A stretch of 64,000 nucleotides of DNA, taken from Epithemia pelagica. Lineage: Eukaryota; Protista; Bacillariophyta. The notes beneath the pieces were generated by a model, which was not told where the DNA came from, searched no databases, and saw only the letters and a program-made list of their open reading frames with translations. This document shows, piece by piece, positions 17,636 through 28,950 of this stretch. Where the stretch lies: the NCBI GenBank assembly GCA_946965045.2, contig OX337234.1:620001-684000 (forward strand). The letters are read 5' to 3'. The translations under genes were made by a program, and so were the position numbers. Position 1 is the stretch's first letter, and the number at the start of each line of letters is the position of its first letter.

Positions 17636-19755
17636 GGTCGAGATTCTCAATCGTTGTGATGATGTCAGTTGTGATAGCATTGCTTGATGTTCTTGTTGTT
17701 GTTGTTTTGGCGAAAGTGATGGTAAATGGTTTACTCTCAAGACAGTCATCTTATTGGTTGTGCAGAGACACTGGTTTTTTATGAAGCTTCTTCTTCCCTC
17801 TGACGGTTTTTGGTTCGCGCTCTCTGTGCATTTGTTCATTGTGTTGCCAATAAGAGTCAGGTCGTTCCCAGAATTGTTTTGTCACGGACGGTTGAGCGAG
17901 GCATCGAACAAACCCCAGCTTTGTTCTTCTGATAGAAGTATGGGACATTAATGTCTATTACTGACTCGTATTCACTAGGTTGTCAGATCGCGATGGGAGA
18001 ATTACTAGGAAACGGTACTCAGAGTATAGCGTGGAAAGTACTAGACGACGAGTCGAGACTTGGGGGAAGTTTTCGAAGAGAGGCATCGGACACCCTCGTT
18101 TCTGTCAGGAACAGAAAATACTCAGCGATGACAATATATATATTAGGAACGAAATTTAATGTATCTGAATTACAAAACGCTTAGAATATTTTTGTTCCAA
18201 TCTTCCCCCGGCATGACGTCATGATGGTCATTGGCGCCAATTGTTCAAGCCAGCCGGCGCGAGTCGATGGCGTTCTTCTTCCCCGCGAAGCAATCCTTCT
18301 CGGGACAGATATGATGCAAGATTGATCAATTTATACGAGTGTCTCATTTGGTACCGATGGGAAATACAATGAGGTGCGTCAGCAACACGAGAAGGTGACG
18401 TCATAGACATTTGAAAAGGGTCGCTCTTCAATCTTCAGAATGCCGCTGTGCAATTGCAATTTGCAATGGTTCCCCCAATCGCAATGCGTGGCGATGGTGG
18501 CTCCGACCAAGAATGACGGAGAAAGAAGGTACCTGAGAACATCGATTTCAAAACAGGGAGATTCATGATGTTCATGTGCTCCATTCCTCCACAATGATCA
18601 GAGCAATCCAACCCGTCATGGCCATGGAGCCAGAACCGACGCAATAAGGTACTCACTGCAACCTTAGCACGGCGGGATCAACTCTCTTGTTCACATGCCG
18701 AAATACAACAGTGACAATCTTCAAAACTTGCAGTTTTCATTTGTGTGGCCACTTTATTGCGTTGTCGGTGTGGATTCGTTGTGACTTGGTAGCGATTTTG
18801 TCACGGTAAAGACGAGAAAAGATGTCACTACCATAGAAAAGGGGCGTCTCCTGTCTCCTGTCATGGGAAACGTTGTGTTCACATCCTTGCGAGGTATAGT
18901 GAACTATGATATAAGTTGCTGAAGGTTTCTAACCATTTCTCAGAAGCAATTTCATCTGCTGAGCACTGTTGCCAGGGTCGGTTCTCATGAATCTCTAGGA
19001 GTACAAGGTCGCATAGGTGGTGTCGTTCCCTTTCGCCTATTGCTGTCGTCGCTGGATAGGAGTAGCTTTTCGAATCCTTCCCGAATAGGGATAGACTCTA
19101 CGGTAGGGATGAGGCTCATTTTTCTCCCCCACCACCGTCGTCCGTCTGATCGTGACAAACGCGGAATCATAATGTTGCGCGCATCTATTCGTAGAGTGGA
19201 AGAAAAATACAAAGCCATTAGAATAGGAATAGTCGTTGATAGTCTAGTAGGTAGAGGTAGAGGGTGACCGGAAAAGATCTAGAGCACGCCGTTGGTAACA
19301 ATCATCTTGTGTGCTCCACCAAGAAAAGAAAGCGGATCCATCCTGATTCAAAGTGTCCCAGGGAATAGCACTGCGGTAGATAGAGTTATGTACAAAAAAG
19401 TGCTTCCCAGGGGTATGTGTAGTAGTAGTCTTGGAAGAGAGTGAGAAATGTTCTTTGTGCAAGTGTATCCATGTCTCTCTCCCTCTCCAGAAGCGTGTGA
19501 AATTCACACATGCCATCGGGTAGTAGTGTTGGCACAGGTGCAGGATCATCCTTGTTTTCTATACAAAGGTGAAACAAGGCCCATACCCCATGGCATTCCA
19601 TCGTGATGGTGCCGTCATCCCAGGCACAACCACGGGAGTGTCAATGTATATATATATACAAAAAGAGTTGTTTTCAAGCAAAGAAAGCAAAACAGAGCAA
19701 CAATACCTTTTCGAGCATCCCCACGCTATACAAAATGTCAGGTTCGATGCCTCTT

Positions 19756-20631
19756 TCAGGCCATGGGCGCCGGTCGAATGTGTTGGGAGGCATTGAACAA
19801 GACATTGTGGGCAAAGCAAGACATTTCTTGTGGAATCCTCGTGGCCCATCCTTGCGTGGCACCAAACAAGATAAAGTGCATGCGTCGAAGACATTCGTGG
19901 ACTTGCTTGGTACTCAAAAAGTGCATGTGAATATGTCCATAATTGTTCAAGAGAGCCAGCTCCAACAAAAAGACAGAGGTCGACGAAGCAGATCCTCCGT
20001 CCGTGGTGGGGGTAGCAGGAGGATGCGTCACCAAACTGAGCAGACCCAAGGCCATTTCGTAGGCCAAACTCGCGTCTTCCAGCTTGTTTTCACTGCCCAT
20101 CGCGTGGCCTTGAATGTGCAAACAGAGACCGTAATTGTACAAAAGGACGGCCGATACCAAGTTGACATCGTACATGGCCAGATCGTGCAGATCCACGTTT
20201 TGAGAGGCTGCCGTAGGGACCAACTTCATGGCACAACGATACATGGAAAAGGGGCTAGGATCGTCCTTCATGTTGGGTGTACAGGAAGAAGAAGAAGAAG
20301 AAGAAGAAGAAGAAGAAGAAGAAGAAGAAGAAGAAGAAGAAGGGGATCCAAAAAACTCCAAGGACGGTTCGACTGCCACGACCACGCTTTGTGGCTCTTC
20401 CAGTGGCGAGACTGTTCCTTCGATCGTAGCATCGACATTCATCATTCGACAATCGCCTTCTTGACTACTACTGCTTGGTCCTTCCTCCAAGTCGCTGTCC
20501 GACTCAAAGTTGTGCTCCTTCTCCAACATTGCAATGCCTTCGTGCAACAGCCTGGCGGCCGACTTGTAGTTCATGGCGCCAATGAGAAAGGTTGCCTTTT
20601 CGTTGAGAAACAAGATCGATTCCACCACCAT
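19756..20631 (-). CDS. Helical-repeat hypothetical protein of a diatom-expanded family (291 aa)
   Basis: SAVLLYNYGL.LH...A...YEMAL...L.LALLNNYGHI...APMA pattern, with a poly-Ser insert. Confidence 0.75.
   Translation of the reverse strand: MVVESILFLNEKATFLIGAMNYKSAARLLHEGIAMLEKEHNFESDSDLEEGPSSSSQEGDCRMMNVDATIEGTVSPLEEPQSVVVAVEPSLEFFGSPSSSSSSSSSSSSSSSSSSSCTPNMKDDPSPFSMYRCAMKLVPTAASQNVDLHDLAMYDVNLVSAVLLYNYGLCLHIQGHAMGSENKLEDASLAYEMALGLLSLVTHPPATPTTDGGSASSTSVFLLELALLNNYGHIHMHFLSTKQVHECLRRMHFILFGATQGWATRIPQEMSCFAHNVLFNASQHIRPAPMA
20285..20341. repeat. (GAA)19 coding microsatellite
   Basis: Perfect triplet run encoding poly-Ser on the minus strand. Confidence 0.95.
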
Positions 20632-22354
20632 GATGTTGTTCGTTGTTGTTGTCGTTCAAGAATATGTGCAAAACGGCAAAAGAATCTGTTTTGGAATGGG
20701 GTGACCCAATCACTGTGTTTATGAACTCGTCTTCTGAAACAAGAATATGATCTTTCTCTGAAACAGGTCACCGTTGAGATATCTCGAGCAGGAGGCTGGA
20801 TTGAGTTTTTTGGATTTTGTTGTGGTTGCCTTCGATCCGCCGACCAACAACCAGGTGCAACACGCTGCACCCTGCATCATTCGCTCGGCAACCACGGCAG
20901 ATAATGTGATGCAAAGAACGTCATACTACATCAGTAATACAAACCATACTGTTATGGTACCGGTTGAATTAGACGATGGAGTTTGGCCGAAGGTTCCGAA
21001 AGTATTTGTACACTTTTCGCACCTCTCCCATCCAATGGCATTGTACCCACGATAAGGAAATTTCCCGCTAGGATTTACTATGCTTCATTCCGAGACCGCC
21101 AACTCTTCGGATTAGGCTAGGGCGTGTTGCAAAAATTCAGTGGCGTGCACTGGGACGTACTTTATGGGAGGGCTGTATCACAATCTCTAGCGTACGTGGA
21201 ACGTAAAATCAATGAACCATAATCTCACGTATAGATCAAAAATTGCTGAGTTGTTAAAAAGGAAGCATTTTCTGGCGAGCTCGGAACTCGGAAAACGACG
21301 TGGCCTCATATACTACGTGGTCCAGGCTGGAATGACTTGCGCGTCGCGTGGCTGTGTCTACTACCTAGAATTCCGATAGAAAAATAAGAGAGAAGGTGTG
21401 AAACTATGCGACGTTGTTCTTCGATGATCGACGCTGGACTGATCCGCCTTTCAGAACAGCGTGGCTACAGTTTTTCCTCTTATTCGATTCAATGTTCGGG
21501 TTCCCGAGTGGCACTTAAAAGTTAATGTATCTTGTTTATTGCTTCATGTCCTATGAACCAGATTCTAAATCCCGTTCGGCGGCTTCCCAGCCCTGACAGC
21601 TAACAGCGAGAATCATGATCTACCTAGCTAGCTAGCTGTCTAGTGATCAACCGCATTTGCTTTAAATAGCATGAGCTCCGGAGGGCACACCGTACTTTGT
21701 ACTTAGAAAATAGGAGCTCTACTCCAATAAGAATGAATTCTGACTTAGAGAAGTAGCTTTTATCTATAGATTCTACTAAGCACAAGAGAAAAGTCATGAG
21801 TAGAAGCAATAGAAAGCGCAATTTATCGCGCCATGCGTCGGCAGATCGTAGACAACCTCCTAGAACCTAGAAGCCAAGGTAGACACTTTAACCTTTAACT
21901 GGACAAATTGACAATAGTCAAGATGCGCCAACGGAACATGGAATGATCAATCATTCTGTTAAGGAATAGGTGGCATATGGCATCGAACTTCCAGCGAACT
22001 TCCAATCCAAGAGTCGTACGTGGTTCTGCGTATCAGTGAGATTTTCATCTGACGACATCTGACAATCCATGACGCATCTTTGGAGCTACTCTTAGATTCA
22101 CAAGAATGAGACTGACGAGAGAATTACGACTGCAGGAAAAGCACCTCAAGGCTCAACTTTTCTGAATTGTTTATAGCAAGTACATCATCCGTTTCTGATT
22201 GATTCAATCGTATTTCTGATTCCGTAAGACTAATATGTGCTACTCGTATGTGCTATGCGGAATGTGTCGACGGTCGAAAATATGAGATCATCTTGTTCTA
22301 ACTCTATCTCGAGCCATGAGCCCTGATTGTGATTGCACTCGCCTAGGTCGTACC

Positions 22355-22572
22355 TGTTGAAACCGATCAGTCTTTGTGCTGTACAGGCAACAAAGCTAAA
22401 GCAAATTTCGTTATAGATTACAAAGAGTGAGCACTAGATGTCTCCTTCATTCGGCGGATCTTATGACCGCTTAGGGCCACATCTTGCCACTCCTCCACGT
22501 CAGTAGGATTCTTCATTCTTTGGTCGCTCTTAGCTCTTGGTTCCTGGCTCTGCTCCTGGTTCTGCTCCAACA
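22355..22572 (-). repeat. 3' LTR of element 2
   Basis: Direct repeat of 27900-28117. Confidence 0.96.
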
Positions 22573-25500
22573 CACTCCTTCCCGAAAAATGATGCTTATC
22601 GTTCTTTGGGATATTAAACAACAGATCCCGGAATTTATAGAAGAGTGATCCTTGTAATGGCTTCGTATGAAAGTCAGCTAACATGTCACCAGTCGGACAA
22701 TGTTCGATCTGAATTTCTTTTTTATCCACCCGGTCTTTGATAAAAAAAATACCGAATGTTGATATGTTTGGTACGCTTGCTACTTGAGGCCTTTCCATGT
22801 TTCTCCAGCAGCATCGCACTCATATTGTCTTGTAACAGTTTGGTTTCTTTGACCGCATATCCTTGGGCCAGCAAAAACTCCCGACACCACAACATATTGG
22901 GCATTGCATCATGCACCCCAATCAACTCACTTTCGGTCGACGAGCGTGCTACCAGTTTCTGTTTTGCGGACATGCTCATTGCGGCTCCTTCACCAAGACT
23001 CATCACCCCACCGGTATGACCTCTCATATTAGGGTGGACTGCGTATGATGCATCTACCCACCATCGAATAATCCCTGAGCCGTCGCATCGAAGCCGAAGT
23101 AATAGATCCGTGGTGCACTGCGGATACTTCATCACGCGAGAGAGTTTCCGCCAATCGTCTTCACTTGGTGACTGCACCCTTGTACTGAGGAAAGCAATGG
23201 CCACTCTTATATCCGGCCTGCCCCTTTGTGCCACGTACATTAACTGCATAGTCAAACTATGAAAGTAATCCGCGCGTTCCTTATCCAGCTTTGGACTGTC
23301 TTCATTGACATGGAACAGATGGCTGGCCGCGGGCGTTTGTGCACGTCCTTTGATCTCCCGTGGCATTTCTTCTATCATTCCGTGAATTGACGACCGCATG
23401 TCCACGATCAACTTCTCTGGTTCAGAGAAATCGAGGTACATGCCCAAATAATCGTGCCGCTTTCCTCGTGAGATGGAAATCTCACCCAGTTGCCCAAACG
23501 TTTCCTTGATTTGCTGGATCACGCCGTCAACCACACTTTACTTCTTGTGCGAGATCTTCAGGTCATCAATGTGCCATGTGATGGTGCACTGACTTCCCTC
23601 GATCATTCTATTCGCCACACAGGCATCATACGGATTGATTGTGTAACCCCAACTTTTGATCACCGCGGTCAGTTTCTCCCAGAACAACCTGGCAGCCCTT
23701 AATGTGCCATATAACGCACGTAACAATTCAACACATAGGACTGGTTCACCTCGTTCATATACAACAAATGGTCGGTAGCCTTCGTCAATCTCTAGCAACA
23801 AGGTCACCATCAAGCCAGTGATTCTCATGTACACCCCAGGATCCATGATTGCCTGCATGAATGCTCCTGGGATGTCAATTACCGCTACTTCGCGACACTC
23901 CATGGCATCCAAGATGGCCGTCATGAACACGGCCTCCGTGGCCACGGTGGGCGATGATGCATCTTCCTTGGCTATGGTTGCCCGTTGTTTCCGACCGTCG
24001 GCACAACCTCGGCCCTTGATCTTGCCGCAACGTTGACGTTTGAGAAACATTAGATAGCCTAATGCTTGTCGGATTTGTTCCTTGGTTAAATTGCTTTTCA
24101 TCGCGGCCTTCATCACTTCTCGATCATGGAGCTGTCGCACTTCTTTTTTGACTGCGGCTACGCCTGGCTCTCCGAACATTTTCACGCCCAGTTTCATCCC
24201 CATTTGTGGTGTCGATAAATCCTCGGCGACGGTAGAAGTCACGTAGATGTCATTGTTGTATCGATGCGCGTAGTTTCGTTCTCTGTTGGTGCGCAAGTTG
24301 TATCTTGGTTGATCTGGCACGTGGTCACCACCACCACCAGCACCAAAGTTTGGTTGTTGGACCTCATTGTCAAGTGCCTGTGGCTCGGGCTGAAAGTTCA
24401 CTCCTTCATTTGCCACTCCTTCATTTGCCACTCCTTCATTTGTCACTCCTTCATTTGCCATGTTGTCCTCGTCTGCGTCTTCTGCTTCGATCTCCTCCTC
24501 AAGTAGATTGTTATCAACGACTGCTTGATCGACGAAATCCTCTAACAATGCTTGTTCATGCTCCGCCTGCGCTGCCTCTTCCAATACATCATTCTCGTTC
24601 TCTTCCTCCTCTTCGTCATGACCATTAAGGTCCTCCATTTCCTCTTCCTGACCATTAAGGTCCTCCATCTCCTCCTCGGCTCCATTCCCTTCATCCTGTG
24701 CCAATCCATCATCCATCTCCTGTTCCACTCCATCATCCAATGCATCGGCGTAATCCTGCTCCAGCTGAGCTAGGTCACCGATTTCCTCATCCACCAATGC
24801 TTCGTCATAACGCAGATCTTCATCCTGATCTATGTCAGGCACATAGTCTTCATCTTCATCTATAGCATCATCATATTCAAGTGCTAAGATGCGGTTGTCC
24901 CGGTCGCCGAATGCTAAGCCCGGGAATGCCTCTTGCGCCAGTGCTAATTGTTCGACCCGTTTCGGTATACTCTCCGGCATTGGCACAACGGTTGCATGGT
25001 TGCGACTGATTACTCGCCCGGATAACAAATTCAAAAAGTAATACCCGCCTTGTTGATTACCCGTGGGTCTCAGGGCCAGTCCACCTTGTGTTCTCAGTGT
25101 CATTGAGTTATCGTGGGGCTTGTGTGTTTGCACGTACTGCCCGAACTCAAACTTGCAGTGACGGTGGAAATCCAACTGTTGTCCTGTGACAATCGTTTTA
25201 GGGCTCACATCAGCAGAGAGACCGCTTGCCGCTGGAAATGCATTCAGCCAAAACACAGCTGCCTTTGCCATTTCAATCACGAGTACCTTAGGGATCCGAT
25301 CAAACGGTAATGTGTTGTAGATGCAACGCATCCGATCCTTTATTGTTCGAATATAACGTTCGATCTCACCCACATGTTCTTCTCGTGATGACGGATTCAG
25401 CCTCATGCCGATTGCATGTAGACCCGTGTTGATCACATCATTGTCAAAAGCGCCATCACCCATCATTGTCCTTGGGCGTAGATTCCCACGTCGATAAATT

Positions 25501-27260
25501 CCCACAACGTGTTTGATTGCTTCGATTAAAGACTTGGAAGTCAAGCTTTTCAACGCAGTGATGGTCCCAAAACGAATGTGTCGTGATACTGTCGCTAACA
25601 ACGGGACTCCGTTCACATGAAGGACGTCCATACTCATTGTTACGTCCCTGTATTGTTCAGGGACAGGGAAATCGACAAATGTGTTCTCATCCACACTAAC
25701 AGGTCGCTTTCTCACTGTCTTGCCCTTGAGGGTGCCAATATCTGGCCCGATGATTTTGGCCGCCAATAGCACATCCTTGCTGGTGTGCGGACAATTCGGA
25801 ATCATGTGCCGATCCAGGATGGTCGCTAATTGTCTGTCACTAGGCCGTCCGATTTTAATTTGCAGTGACCGTACTCCATATGCTCTATCTACATCATTGG
25901 TAGTATAACGTGCTTTATTAGATGCAATTGTCGTAACTAAACCAACAGTAGTGGCATTGTTGTGCTTGGGGTGCCATTCTGAATAATAGAGGCCTTCTTG
26001 GCTGGCACGGAAGGTGTCGATGTGTGTGCCCTTGTGTGATATGTGAAACTCATCGGATTGTGCATTGTAATTGATCTCGAACTGTTTTTTAAGTAAATGA
26101 AATGAGAGAATGTTGACCCACCCATTTGGATGGAACCAAACATCTCCGTAATCACGCACTGATGCTATTTGCGTGGTGCTTGTATGGCCTCCATGGCTGT
26201 GGATGTGCATGGTCGTGTCGGTGTCTTGTGGTGGTGTCTTGAGGATGGATGGATTACTGAATAGGTGGACCGTTGATTGGTTGTCCAATAGCACCCATGT
26301 TTTAGGAATGTGAGCCTGTGAAGGAGTAATAGAAAACGAATGTGAGGATAGTTCACTGTTGTCATTATTTGGCAAATTCAAACTCGAACCTTGTGTTTCG
26401 TCGTTGTTCTGTGTAGAGTCGTTGGATTCTCCATGTGTAGGGAAGGCTGTCCCTGTGTTCGGCTCATTCGGGTGTTGTTGTTGTTGTTGACCGCCACTTG
26501 ACATCTCTCCGCGCCCCATGCGAGCATCGATGATAGCTCTGGCATCGGCGAGTGATGTCAAGTGGCGGTCAACAACAACAACAACACCCTCATCAATCAG
26601 TTGTGCTTTCGCTCTAAACACCTCATAAAAACTCTGGACAGACTGTCCAGGGTGACGCTTGAGCGTATAAAAATCCGTTCTGATGCGGTCAAGGGCCATA
26701 CCTGTGTATACCCGACCGCTATCATAGGTAAAAGTAGTTGTCTTGATGAGTGACAGGAGTGCGATCCCATCTCTTGATGCTTGTATGGTTGGGAAGGTGG
26801 AAGTCGCCTTTAACTTGTCCTTTAGGAGCTCAGTGCACTGCCCTAGCAGAACACTGTACAGGGAGGAACGAAATCCGTCATACGCAATCTCTTTTTCTTG
26901 ATGTGCCTTGTTGTTGAATTCCCACTCCTTGGCTTCTATCAGGGTTGCAGTTGGTCCAGGTCTTGTTGGTGGTGTTGGTGGTGGCAGTTGGAGGCTTTCC
27001 ACGGCTTGTTGAAAATCACGATTGTATTTTGGCCACTTGGTTCCGATGTAACCCACCAATAACTCCACATTTTTCAAGTACTTCTTCGCCTGGGTATCTT
27101 GTGAGTAGTCAAACGTGCACCCTTTTAGGAGTGGCTCTTGTCCTTTGAATTTGGGACCATGCTGTCCTCTTCCTTGCCGACCACCACGTCCTCATCCTGA
27201 TCGACCTCGTCCTCGTCCACCTTGTTCACCCGATTGTACATTGTCCGGACGTCCACTCAT
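22418..27260 (-). pseudogene. Disrupted gag-pol of element 2
   Basis: ATG 27260; TGA at codon 23 (27192-27194); in-frame gag deletion near 26555-26590; TAA in RT (23538-23540); +1 frameshift in an A8 run near 22742-22749. Confidence 0.92.
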
Positions 27261-27261
27261 G

Positions 27262-27879
27262 TTAAAGAATGGTCAGGTTGTGTTCATTACGGCGAAATTC
27301 CTCGATCTTGTTGTTCTGGTGGTTTAGGACAGCAACTACCACAAAGTCGTTGGTAAACCGTGTTACCTCACCTTTTGCTCCGTAGATCTTGCCTTTGTGA
27401 CCCGACAAGTAGATGCCGGTCTTAATTCGCACCCGAGATCCGATTCCCAGTACCTTCACAATGGGTGGTGCCACTGCTTCAGCTTCTACTCCTTGTGGAC
27501 TTGTCGAGGTTTGTTCTTGTTCTTCCTCCACCACTTGTGGTTCCTGGTCCGGATTCGTTTGCTCTTCTTCTTGTTGTGCTTCTCGGTACACCCGTCCTAA
27601 TTCAGCCTCGTGACTGTTCTTTTGGCGTAACAACGCTTGTTGATAACGAGTTTCTTCGTTGTGTAAGGCTTGACGATACTCTTGTTCCAAATCGGCTTTA
27701 TCGGCCCAGTACTTTCGATCCAAAGCCTTCACAAGCTTCCCGTGTTCTTCAGCCAGTCGACTGGCGCGTCCTTCGGATAGAAGCTTCAACCGAATAAACT
27801 GCCCAATTAAACGTGACACTGGTGTACTGTTTTCTTCTGGGACTGCGTTGTGGACATCAGATTGTGCCGGGAAGTACAA
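27262..27879 (-). CDS. Element 2 ORF0 (coiled coil plus KOW-like domain), probably frameshifted near its start
   Basis: Aligns with element 1 ORF0 (TPV..LI..F.RL.L..EG.ASRL; DR.YWAD.A.LEQ.Y; IG.RVR..T; EEF.R...NL.IL). The likely ATG (27857) is out of frame by one base; the stop lies 1 nt before the gag ATG. Confidence 0.75.
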   Translation of the reverse strand: MYFPAQSDVHNAVPEENSTPVSRLIGQFIRLKLLSEGRASRLAEEHGKLVKALDRKYWADKADLEQEYRQALHNEETRYQQALLRQKNSHEAELGRVYREAQQEEEQTNPDQEPQVVEEEQEQTSTSPQGVEAEAVAPPIVKVLGIGSRVRIKTGIYLSGHKGKIYGAKGEVTRFTNDFVVVAVLNHQNNKIEEFRRNEHNLTIL

Positions 27880-27885
27880 TGTAAG

Positions 27886-27899
27886 CTCTTTGTAATCTA
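27886..27899 (-). promoter_or_regulatory. Putative self-priming PBS of element 2
   Basis: Sense TAGATTACAAAGAG is the reverse complement of the LTR segment CTCTTTGTAATCTA (27972-27959). Confidence 0.75.
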
Positions 27900-28117
27900 T
27901 GTTGAAACCGATCAGTCTTCGTGCTGTACAGGCAACAAAGCTAAAGCAAATTTCGTTATAGATTACAAAGAGTGAGCACTAGATGTCTCCTTCATTCGGC
28001 GGATCTTATGACCGCTTAGGGCCACATCTTGCCACTCCTCCACGTCAGTAGGATTCTTCATTCTTTGGTCGCTCTTAGCTCTTGGTTCCTGGCTCTGCTC
28101 CTGGTTCTGCTCCAACA
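27900..28117 (-). repeat. 5' LTR of element 2
   Basis: Direct repeat of 22355-22572. Confidence 0.96.
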
Positions 28118-28950
28118 GTACCTAGTTGATCCTCTTCTCTTAAAATGCACCGCCTACCTCTAGAGGAGACGCATTCAATATTATTATTTCATCTTCGATC
28201 TCCTCCTAGAACGAGGAGTATAATGGATCATGGATGGGATCTACGCGACACGGAATGCGCAGTACCCAGTTAGGAGTACCCAATATACCCATTCGTCAGA
28301 ATCGATCAGCAATCAACATTCGTATTGACCATTATTGACCTGCGCTTGATGCGGTGTGCGGGGTGCGGGGGGAATGGGGAATACCAATTGGCATTTACCA
28401 CTCGCGAAACTTCCCGAACCTTGGAAGAGAGGTCCTGGACTTTTTACAGCCACAACTTCATTCCAGTCATCAAATTGAACATTGAAGCCACTTGCTACTT
28501 GCTACATGAAGAGTTGAGAGTTGGTGATTGGTGAGCTCAATTTTCAATTTTTAGTTTAGATAGAATTTTGAATTGACCATGACCAAGTCCCAAGGGGAAA
28601 TCCATGAGCCAATTAGAAGTCTGAATTGACCCTATCCAAACATTTTTACTACCTAGAAGAACCATCACATCGGAGCGTTTATAGCGAATAGGGGTAGCTA
28701 AAGTGGCAATGGATCAAGAACATCGGTGATGAGAGAGTTATCGCCATTCGTCTTTACGAGACCTTCCTGATAGTGGACTGTGGCTTATGCGAAAGGAGGC
28801 AATTGGGTGGCAAGCGAGAAACAACTATGACCTTACATTCGAGCGTAAGTTTTTCGCCAAGTACAAGCAACTTAGAGGATCGCAACACAATGCTACTAGC
28901 TTCATGTGTTTCCAATGTTAGTGTTGACTGGTCGTCATTCGTTTCCAATA

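Larger units (their letters stand above)
22355..28117 (-). mobile_element. Full-length but defective Ty1/copia LTR retrotransposon (element 2), related to element 1
   Basis: 218-bp LTRs (22355-22572, 27900-28117) with one visible mismatch. Perfect 5-bp TSD GTACC (22350-22354, 28118-28122). Purine tract CGGGAAGGAGTG. Confidence 0.96.

Noticed and set aside
18228-19600. Short ORFs between the two hypothetical genes
   Set aside because: No recognisable motifs and frequent stops; possibly old decayed sequence.
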